In this document: positions 57,331 through 64,000 of the stretch, in pieces
How the letters are laid out: each line of letters starts with the position of its first letter
Position numbering within the stretch: position 1 is the stretch's first letter
From: an uncultured Pseudomonadales bacterium
Lineage (GTDB): Bacteria > Patescibacteriota > Microgenomatia > UBA1400 > Chazhemtobacteraceae
Length of the DNA: 64,000 nucleotides
Direction of reading: 5' to 3'
Assembly (NCBI GenBank): GCA_964422035.1
Contig: CAYQZQ010000001.1
Span: 249,013-313,012, forward strand
Made by a program: the position numbers and the translations under genes
The notes under the pieces: generated by a model
What the model saw: only the letters and a program-made list of their open reading frames with translations
What the model was told of the DNA's origin: nothing
Database searches by the model: none

Positions 57331-58585
57331 TTTTTGAAATTTTGCTTGCTAATTGATTGATAGATGATGTGACAACCGGAAAAGTAAAGCTGGTGGCTAC
57401 AATTAAGGGATATAAACTAATAAAATGTCTTTTCATGGCATTATATAAAAGAGCTTGCCACGAATTAAGAGGAAGAAAGCGCAAACGACTGGCTAAAGCC
57501 AGAGCAAACCAGGTTAAAGAATAAAATAAGGTGACAACTGAAATAGAATTAAATAATTTTTTAAACTTGGTTAATGACTGAACAATAAGGCTAGTTAAAA
57601 AAAACAACGCCAAACCACCAGATAAAGAAGGAAGAAAATAGTGAAATAAAGCTTTTGCAGTTGCTAAAATCATAAAAGGGAGATCATTAACAATAGTGGG
57701 AACATTTTTGAATGAGTTAACTTGAGTGCTTGAGAGGTCAAGATGATATTTTTTAAAGTACCCCCAAGGAAGGGTGAAAAGGGTATAGAACAGAATAATG
57801 ATAAATAAGTGGCGGTAGTTTTTAGTTCTTACAAATTTATAAGCTATCAATATAAGGCTTGTTAGAAAAAAGGGTAAATTGGCTGGCCGAGTCCAGGCTG
57901 CAAAGGAAAGCATAGCACTAGTAAGGGTTAAGGAAGATAAAGAAGAGTCTGTAAGATAGTTAGCCAGATATAGTCCGGACAAAGAAAGATAAATCATATA
58001 AGGAAAATTTGTGTAAGCAATGCGACTTTGAAAAAAAGCCCAAGGAATAGAGACAACAAAAAGACAGGCTAAAAGAGCGGTGAGAGATTGAGAACGCCTT
58101 TTTATATAGGAAAAGAAGACCAACAAAAAACCAATTAAAAGGAAACTATAGAAAACCTTAGGATTTGAAAAGCCTAGAATGTAAAGGGCAGTGTGAGCCA
58201 ACGAGGTGTACAAAGGATAGCTGCCATGATAGCTGTTACCTATTCCTGTGATGTCTCGGTGATGAACGAAAAGTTTGGCTCTAAAATCATACATTGTGAG
58301 AGTATCGAAAAAATAAGGAGGGTAGTACCAATTGAAAATAAAGTTAAGTATGACGACAGATAATACAAGTGCGAGAAGTAATATAGAAAATGAATTGAAT
58401 TTCAGCTTAATCTTGTTTTTTTTGATGAGTTTAACCAGCATTAGTGATAGTAGTGAGGCTGGCAAAAAACTTAATAATAAACTGGTTAAATTGATGGGAA
58501 TGTTTAAAAAGACATTAGACAAGAACCAAAAAAAGGTGGTAAATGGAAAAATGGAAATGATACCTATACCAATAGCTTCAATCAT
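57320..58585 (-). CDS. Polytopic membrane protein (GT-C-like candidate)
   Basis: 421 aa with about 11 TM. Confidence 0.45.
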   Translation of the reverse strand: MIEAIGIGIISIFPFTTFFWFLSNVFLNIPINLTSLLLSFLPASLLSLMLVKLIKKNKIKLKFNSFSILLLALVLSVVILNFIFNWYYPPYFFDTLTMYDFRAKLFVHHRDITGIGNSYHGSYPLYTSLAHTALYILGFSNPKVFYSFLLIGFLLVFFSYIKRRSQSLTALLACLFVVSIPWAFFQSRIAYTNFPYMIYLSLSGLYLANYLTDSSLSSLTLTSAMLSFAAWTRPANLPFFLTSLILIAYKFVRTKNYRHLFIIILFYTLFTLPWGYFKKYHLDLSSTQVNSFKNVPTIVNDLPFMILATAKALFHYFLPSLSGGLALFFLTSLIVQSLTKFKKLFNSISVVTLFYSLTWFALALASRLRFLPLNSWQALLYNAMKRHFISLYPLIVATSFTFPVVTSSINQLASKISKSEN

Positions 58586-59108
58586 TTTGCAGGTTGATAA
58601 TTCCCCATGGTGGTTTTTCCTGTATTAGAGTCACTTGGCTGGGAGGATAGTCCTTGCGGGGCCAGAGATACTGGTCTTGTTCAAGTCCGGAGACTTCTCC
58701 CCAAATCAAAAAAACGTGAGTGGCAGATGCAGGAGGAGGATGATTGACTGACTCAGGGCGAACAAGTTTGCGAGGATATAAAAAGTAGTTCATATATAAC
58801 CCGGAGGAGGTGTTAGGCCAAGCTGGGCCAGAGGGTGGCAGAGCAATGACTGCATCTGGGGGGAGATTATTTTGAGCGTATTGAATGAAATCAAACAAGG
58901 GCGAGCCTAATTTAGACTTTAGGCGTTGGTCATATGGCAAACGAGAGTTATTAATGATGAATTTTAATTCTTCTTTATCTGAAATAAGAAAGTAGAAGTT
59001 GATAACCAGGGAAATAGCAAGGATAAACAAGACGATAGGGTGTTTTTTAGTCAAAAGTAATGGCTGAATTTTAAAAATATATTGTCCATGTGATTTGTCT
59101 TTGGCCAA
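58578..59108 (-). CDS. Hypothetical single-pass membrane protein with Pro/Trp-rich extracytoplasmic domain
   Basis: 176 aa. TM at IVLFILAISLVINFYFLI. No known domain. Confidence 0.45.
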   Translation of the reverse strand: MAKDKSHGQYIFKIQPLLLTKKHPIVLFILAISLVINFYFLISDKEELKFIINNSRLPYDQRLKSKLGSPLFDFIQYAQNNLPPDAVIALPPSGPAWPNTSSGLYMNYFLYPRKLVRPESVNHPPPASATHVFLIWGEVSGLEQDQYLWPRKDYPPSQVTLIQEKPPWGIINLQND

Positions 59109-60507
59109 TTATCTGCTGATTTTCTAAATTGTTGTTAAAGACTGCTTTGAGAAAACTTATCAGGCCTTGGTTAATTATAGGTGATGAACGGAAGATTGAC
59201 ACTTTTTCTTTGTTTTTGGTGTATTTTGAAAGTTTTTTAGAGTCTAAATGTTGAAACTTATTCCAAATTATTATCATTTCATTTTCCTTACCTTGAGGAT
59301 TTTTTTGCCAAATATAATATGCTTGAGGGCTAAGATCATAAAATAGATCTAGATGTTGACCGGTCTCTTTAAACCACTCCTGGGCGTTGATGTCTCGATT
59401 GAAATTAAAATAGATTGTGGTTTGATTATTTGAGTATCGGGCTAATGTTGAGATCATTTCGCTGTTGGCTTTTTCTCGAGCAAAATAACCGGAGACAAAA
59501 ATGAAAGAGTTGAGAGATGAATAAAAAAGGGAAAAAATAATAAATGGAACCCAGATCAGTTTTGTTAAAAGAGAGCCCTGTCTGCAGGCTTGAAGTAGGT
59601 AAAAAGCTATAATGATACTTAAATGCAAAACAACTGGGAATAGATAGCGTAGTAAAGAGTGGGGCCAAAATGAATGAAGAATTAGATATGAGAAAGCTGC
59701 TATGAAATTCAAGATTACTAACGGAGGTATTGTTTTATTCTTAAAATAGTCTTTGAAAATTAATATGCCAGAAATAGCAAGTAAAAAGAGATGACCTGAG
59801 TTAAGGAGATGGATAAGATTTTTTTTGAAAGTATTAAGTATGAGACCAAGATTAAAAGTTGTGTTAGCAGCATAGCCTTTTTGTGTGAGAGCAAAAGAAA
59901 GCAATAGAAGAATGCTAGAGGCAACTAGATTAAAAATTAAGTAAATAGATTGTTTTTTAGTGAGTTTATCTTTGATTAGAACAGCCGCCATTAAAAAGAC
60001 TGGAAGCAGATAAAAACTGGTTTCTTTGCTAGTAAATAATAAAAATGAGGAGAGAAGAGCAGGCCAGAGCTTGTTTTTATAGGCAAACCAAAGGGATAGA
60101 ACAAGCCAAAGAACCAATAAAGTTTCCTGAGTTCCTAACCTCCAGAAATTGATGACTGTGCCGGGAAAAATAAAAGTTAACAAAATCGACAGAGTAGCAA
60201 AGTACTTATTTTTAAAGTTTTTAAAAAATTTAAAAAGCAGGACAATTGTGACAAGTAAAATCAATAACTGAAAAGCGTGGTGAGCAAAAACGGAAGTGCC
60301 AAATAGCTTATATTTGAATTTGTGGAATAGCCAATATGATGGTCGTAGTCTGCCCAGGTTTTTATCAATAAAAAAAAGATTAGACAGTTTTTGACTCCGG
60401 AGATTGGTAAGAATTTGACCATCATCGATAAGTGACCATGGGAGAAGAAGTGAGGGGAGATAGAAGGAAATTATAATTGTAATTAGAATAAAGAAAAGAA
60501 AAAGCAT
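59071..60507 (-). CDS. GT-C fold glycosyltransferase candidate (DD first-loop motif)
   Basis: SLIDDGQILTNL follows TM1. About 12 TM helices. Confidence 0.5.
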   Translation of the reverse strand: MLFLFFILITIIISFYLPSLLLPWSLIDDGQILTNLRSQKLSNLFFIDKNLGRLRPSYWLFHKFKYKLFGTSVFAHHAFQLLILLVTIVLLFKFFKNFKNKYFATLSILLTFIFPGTVINFWRLGTQETLLVLWLVLSLWFAYKNKLWPALLSSFLLFTSKETSFYLLPVFLMAAVLIKDKLTKKQSIYLIFNLVASSILLLLSFALTQKGYAANTTFNLGLILNTFKKNLIHLLNSGHLFLLAISGILIFKDYFKNKTIPPLVILNFIAAFSYLILHSFWPHSLLRYLFPVVLHLSIIIAFYLLQACRQGSLLTKLIWVPFIIFSLFYSSLNSFIFVSGYFAREKANSEMISTLARYSNNQTTIYFNFNRDINAQEWFKETGQHLDLFYDLSPQAYYIWQKNPQGKENEMIIIWNKFQHLDSKKLSKYTKNKEKVSIFRSSPIINQGLISFLKAVFNNNLENQQIIGQRQITWTIYF

Positions 60508-60518
60508 CGTGAATGGAT

Positions 60519-62735
60519 TTAGAGCTTATGTAGGTGCCAAATGTATGAAGATGAATAGGTGGGAATCAGAGGAGTGCCTGACTCAACAAGCGTTTTTAAG
60601 CTGTCTTTAAGAATAGGATTATACTGCTGAGTCTTTGTTTCAATTTTTTTGAGCAAAACATCATCGCTGAGAGAGCTAATTGGGATTTGATTGTCAGGGA
60701 AAGACCAAGTTGCTAAAAATTCTACATCGCTTTTTTCATTAAATAGGCTGGTTTTAAGATCTGACCTATTATGAAATAGTCGAAAATGCCTCTCTGCTTC
60801 ACTAATCCACTCATAATGATTAGGGTTCTTTTCAAAATTAAAGTATAAGGTTGAATTTTTGGGCATACTTTTTACTGCGGTATCGACCATCACGGCATTA
60901 GCTTTCTCGCGGGCGACAAAGTCTGTAGCAATATTTAATGACTGAATGGTGTTGGTAAAAATAAAATTTGCCCAATAGTAAACAAAGACACCCAGTAGTA
61001 TTACAAAAATTGGATTCTTTAATGAATACTTAATTTGTCGATAAGTTTCGAAAGCGATGAATAGACCAATGGCAGGGAGAACAGGTGTTAAATAACGCCC
61101 CAGAGCTAATTTCCAAGGAAGCAAGATCAGAAAGGAGGCTGACAGCCAAACCAGAGATATCAGTGAAATTTTAAGTCTATCCTTTTTAATTGCTGCAATC
61201 ACTAAAGAAATACCTGACAGTTGAAGTAGTCTGGACAGCCAGGAGGAATCAAGTTGGAGCTTGTATTCTTGAAAAGTCTTAAACCAAGTCTGAAGATCAA
61301 CTTTAAAATTTGATGAATAATTTTGCTTGCCATAATTGAAAAATCTAGCAATAAAAATGTATGCTATGCCAATTAGTGAAGTTAAAAATAATTGTTGCCA
61401 TGTCTTCTCGTTTTCTTTGTCAATAAGTAACCCCAGTAGTAATAAAGGGACAACAAATATTGCTGTTTCTTTGGTTAAAATCGCAGACAAGATCAAAAGT
61501 GGGCCAACAATCTTTCCCAGCCATTTTTTTTTAAACTCAAAAGCTAGCACTATGCCTAACAACAAAAATAAAGTCATGGGTATTTCTTGAGAGACAAGTC
61601 GGTAAAAGTTCTCAACATTGCGATAAAAAAGCAAAGCTGGCAAAGAAGCTAGGATTCCTACAAATTTGGATTTGGTTAGTTTATAAGATATGTAATAAAC
61701 AAGTGATATTAATGATGCTGAGAATATGATTCTCAAAATATGGAGAGTAAATGAATTATTACCTACAAACCAGTACTGTATAAACATGAACAGCCAAAAA
61801 ATGGGCCTGCTTCTACCAGTCCTAGATTCTAATAATAACCAGTCAAGTTCTCTAAAATTTAAATTAGTAATTTTGGACACAAATTCATTTGACTTGTCGA
61901 TTACTAAACCATCATCGATTAATGAAAAAGGTAGCTGAAGAGAAGATTTCATTATAAGCAATGAAATGATTACTAAAGCAAGCATTGGCCAGTACTGAAA
62001 AATTGATTTACGATGCCAGGATGAGAGATTTTCTCGAAGAAAATAGAATTTTAGTTTGACTAAATCTTTTAATGTTTTTAAGCCTCTGACAAATATTGAT
62101 GACCTAGACTGTCTTTTTTCTATAACTGATATTGGCAACTCTCCTATTTCAAAATTATTCTTTTGAGCTCTAAGCAATAGCTCTGTATCAAAAAGTTCTT
62201 TTGTCATCCGCGATTGTTTAATCAGCGGCAAAAATTTCTTTCTCTTGAGAATTTTTATCCCATGAGTATCAGATATTTTTAGGCCGAAAAGCATTTTCAA
62301 GATTGAACTAAACACTAGTGTTGCAAAACGACGATGAATTGACCTTGTATCTTGGGATTCCGGATCCAACTTGCTACCGACTACCACGTCATATTTATTC
62401 ATTTTGAGAATAGCTTGATCAATAAAATTTGTATCATAGTAATCAAGATCAAATAGTACTAAGTAGTCTCCATCTGCAGCTAAGAAGCCCTTTTTAACAG
62501 CCAGACCATAATCCGGATTGGGAGAGGTAAGCACTTGGACATCCTTGGTGCGCTTTGCATATTCCTGGGCTAGTTGTAGGGTATTGTCACTGCTTCCATT
62601 CTCTGAGACTATCAGTTGCCAGTTGAAAGAGGTTTTGTTTAGTTTCCAAACTAGTTCGGGTAAGAACTTAAAAAGGTAATTCTCTTCATTGTGGATGGGA
62701 ATTATTATGGAAATTTTGGGAGTATCCTGGTTCAT
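60519..62735 (-). CDS. Fusion protein: N-terminal GT2 (polyprenyl-phosphate sugar synthase-like) plus C-terminal polytopic GT-C-like domain
   Basis: N-terminal ISIIIPIHNEENYLFKFLPEL...VSENGSSDNTLQLAQEY...FDLDY (GT-A). After about 240 aa come at least 11 TM helices, with SLIDDGLVIDKSNEF after the first TM. This is the same LIDDG motif as in 59071..60507. Confidence 0.65.
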   Translation of the reverse strand: MNQDTPKISIIIPIHNEENYLFKFLPELVWKLNKTSFNWQLIVSENGSSDNTLQLAQEYAKRTKDVQVLTSPNPDYGLAVKKGFLAADGDYLVLFDLDYYDTNFIDQAILKMNKYDVVVGSKLDPESQDTRSIHRRFATLVFSSILKMLFGLKISDTHGIKILKRKKFLPLIKQSRMTKELFDTELLLRAQKNNFEIGELPISVIEKRQSRSSIFVRGLKTLKDLVKLKFYFLRENLSSWHRKSIFQYWPMLALVIISLLIMKSSLQLPFSLIDDGLVIDKSNEFVSKITNLNFRELDWLLLESRTGRSRPIFWLFMFIQYWFVGNNSFTLHILRIIFSASLISLVYYISYKLTKSKFVGILASLPALLFYRNVENFYRLVSQEIPMTLFLLLGIVLAFEFKKKWLGKIVGPLLILSAILTKETAIFVVPLLLLGLLIDKENEKTWQQLFLTSLIGIAYIFIARFFNYGKQNYSSNFKVDLQTWFKTFQEYKLQLDSSWLSRLLQLSGISLVIAAIKKDRLKISLISLVWLSASFLILLPWKLALGRYLTPVLPAIGLFIAFETYRQIKYSLKNPIFVILLGVFVYYWANFIFTNTIQSLNIATDFVAREKANAVMVDTAVKSMPKNSTLYFNFEKNPNHYEWISEAERHFRLFHNRSDLKTSLFNEKSDVEFLATWSFPDNQIPISSLSDDVLLKKIETKTQQYNPILKDSLKTLVESGTPLIPTYSSSYIWHLHKL

Positions 62736-62770
62736 TAAATGACTTATTGTTGATCTGGGGCAGGATATTT

Positions 62771-63619
62771 TTATGCTTGTTTACAAGCCGTTACCTTCAT
62801 TATATCCCAAAGATTAACTGGAACAACAAGAGAGTTAATTTTTTTTGGAATTGATAGTTTTAAATCATAGAGACTGCCAAGTTTGTGTGAAAGATATGAT
62901 AAGGGATAGTAGGCAGGGGGATGAGAAATTTGGATATCTGAAAAACCAATTGAGGACAACAGGGTCTTGATAGTTTTGGGTGAAAAATAACTTAGATGTT
63001 GAGGGGGGTTATATAGATGCCATTTTTTACCTAATATCTTGGCTAAAAGTGAGTTTACATTGCCCGTCGAGAGAGCAAACCTGCCACTGCCTTTTAGAAG
63101 ATCAAAGATAATTTTTAAATCTTGCTTGGGGTTGTTCAAGTGCTCTATAACATCCCACATGGTAATCAGGTCAAACTTTTCTCTTGGAAATGTGTTTGAT
63201 TCTAGTTTGCCAATTTTGATGCTGGCATCGGGATTATTTTTTTTAGCTTTCTGGGCTGCATGGGATGAAATTTCGATTCCAAATTTATTCCATGAGCTTG
63301 GCATTTGTTGTAAAAAATACCCATAAGCACAGCCAAAATCCAAAGCGTTTCCCTGGCTCTCTTTTTTAATGCTCAAACTATCAATTCTACACTTGAAAGT
63401 CTGATTGAGAGATTTCTTCTCAGTGGAGTAATCATCATAACTTCTTTTGTTCTCCCCTTGGATAAAGTAGTCTTTTTTGTAAAAATCTTGATAAAAATTT
63501 TTGTCTGGTGAAAAATTAGTAATAATTAATGAACAATCTTGGCATTCTACTATCCAAAAATTATATTTTTTGAACTTCTTTTTAAAATTTGAACTACCGC
63601 AAACACGACATTTATCCAT
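62771..63619 (-). CDS. Class I SAM-dependent methyltransferase with N-terminal Cys4 zinc-ribbon
   Basis: CRVCGS...CQDCS, then ALDFGCAYGYFLQQM (motif I), then DLITMWDVIEHL. Confidence 0.65.
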   Translation of the reverse strand: MDKCRVCGSSNFKKKFKKYNFWIVECQDCSLIITNFSPDKNFYQDFYKKDYFIQGENKRSYDDYSTEKKSLNQTFKCRIDSLSIKKESQGNALDFGCAYGYFLQQMPSSWNKFGIEISSHAAQKAKKNNPDASIKIGKLESNTFPREKFDLITMWDVIEHLNNPKQDLKIIFDLLKGSGRFALSTGNVNSLLAKILGKKWHLYNPPQHLSYFSPKTIKTLLSSIGFSDIQISHPPAYYPLSYLSHKLGSLYDLKLSIPKKINSLVVPVNLWDIMKVTACKQA

Positions 63620-63621
63620 AT

Positions 63622-64000
63622 TTATTTGTAAAGTTTGTAAATTAGAACAGTAATTTGCATTAGAAGCCAGTGAATTGCGGTAAGCAGAGGGTTGTAATTG
63701 TACCTGGACAGAACTTGCAGATCTTCTTTAAACTGCTGGTTGAATTCTTTTGAACCCTTAGATTGGGAGTGGACACGAAAAACAGCCAGCTTGTCTTTGA
63801 ACCTGTCCGGCAGGGAAACTTCAAGACAGCGAAGCCAGTAGTCATAGTCGAATGCGTAGTTTAGGCTTTGATCAAACTCCCCTACTTTGTCTACGAGTTC
63901 TTTTTTAATAAAGACAGCCGGTTGATTAATGGTGTTGAATATTTTTAGGAAAAATCTTGCTTTATCAATCGGCCAGATATGTTTTATCTTAAAAGTCCAT
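63622..64000 (-). CDS. GT2-family glycosyltransferase, C-terminal fragment (gene continues beyond window end)
   Basis: The minus-strand translation reads ...INQPAVFIKKELVDKVGEFDQSLNYAFDYDYWLRCLEV...KLYK-stop. This is a typical GT2 C-terminal region. It is not in the ORF track because there is no in-window start. The track ORF 63660..63845 is in another frame and is probably spurious. Confidence 0.55.
   Translation of the reverse strand, partial: WTFKIKHIWPIDKARFFLKIFNTINQPAVFIKKELVDKVGEFDQSLNYAFDYDYWLRCLEVSLPDRFKDKLAVFRVHSQSKGSKEFNQQFKEDLQVLSRYNYNPLLTAIHWLLMQITVLIYKLYK

Noticed and set aside
63660-63845. A 61-aa track ORF on the minus strand near the right edge.
   Set aside because: It is in a different frame from, and fully overlapped by, a much better-supported partial GT2 CDS (63622..64000) with recognisable GT2 C-terminal sequence.
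1-64000. Alternative genetic code (UGA recoding, as in some small-genome lineages).
   Set aside because: TGA is used as the terminator of long, well-conserved ORFs, for example glyQS at 623..625 and the repeated ATGA junctions. Proteins read through to plausible C-termini under the standard code.
1-64000. tRNA/rRNA genes in the few intergenic spacers.
   Set aside because: There is no T-loop/acceptor-like GGTTCGAATCC-type signature or rRNA-like conserved block in 26353..26404, 28283..28382, 38994..39133, 39638..39734, 40653..40859 or 44454..44524.

Overview
The window is an almost gap-free 64 kb stretch of a low-GC bacterial genome. Apart from a short housekeeping segment at the left edge, it is one very large cell-envelope glycan biosynthesis island. 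The housekeeping segment (all on the minus strand) is a partial lipoprotein, glycyl-tRNA synthetase of the single-chain glyQS type, and recO. I found no rRNA, tRNA, CRISPR array, transposase or integrase. Translation appears to use the standard code, since TGA terminates long ORFs such as glyQS.

The island encodes about 9 GT4 and about 9 GT2 glycosyltransferases, plus at least 8 polytopic GT-C-like membrane proteins, several of which carry the DE/DD first-loop motif seen in ArnT/PMT-type enzymes. It also holds a small PglC/WbaP-type phosphoglycosyltransferase, ManC, a hexapeptide acetyltransferase, a Wzx-like flippase, an O-antigen-ligase/Wzy-like protein and a GtrB/ArnC-like polyprenyl-phosphate sugar synthase. 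A nonulosonic-acid module is present: a NeuB-like synthase, a NeuA cytidylyltransferase fused to a KdsC-like HAD phosphatase, and a DUF115/Maf-like protein. There is a Wzm/Wzt ABC exporter whose Wzt carries a C-terminal extension, with a methyltransferase immediately adjacent. Seven methyltransferase-related ORFs occur in all: two Zn-ribbon types, one GT2-fused and one truncated remnant. A FrhB-like Fe-S protein is also present.

The most unusual element is the only long plus-strand block, 24460..32149. It is a head-to-tail tandem array of four diverged paralogs. Each has about 5 N-terminal TM helices and an extracytoplasmic alkaline-phosphatase/sulfatase-fold domain. The sulfatase CxPxR formylglycine motif is replaced by W-T-x-P-S-F, so a Thr nucleophile as in LtaS/EptA/OpgB-type phosphotransferases is likely. 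All four end in a conserved (A/S)GY-COOH tail, and their start-codon contexts are conserved. Two further fusions, GT2 with a GT-C domain and GT2 with a methyltransferase, add to the impression of an unusually elaborate surface-glycan modification system. The cluster is probably poorly described.

Every family assignment rests on motif recognition by eye and needs HMM or structure confirmation.
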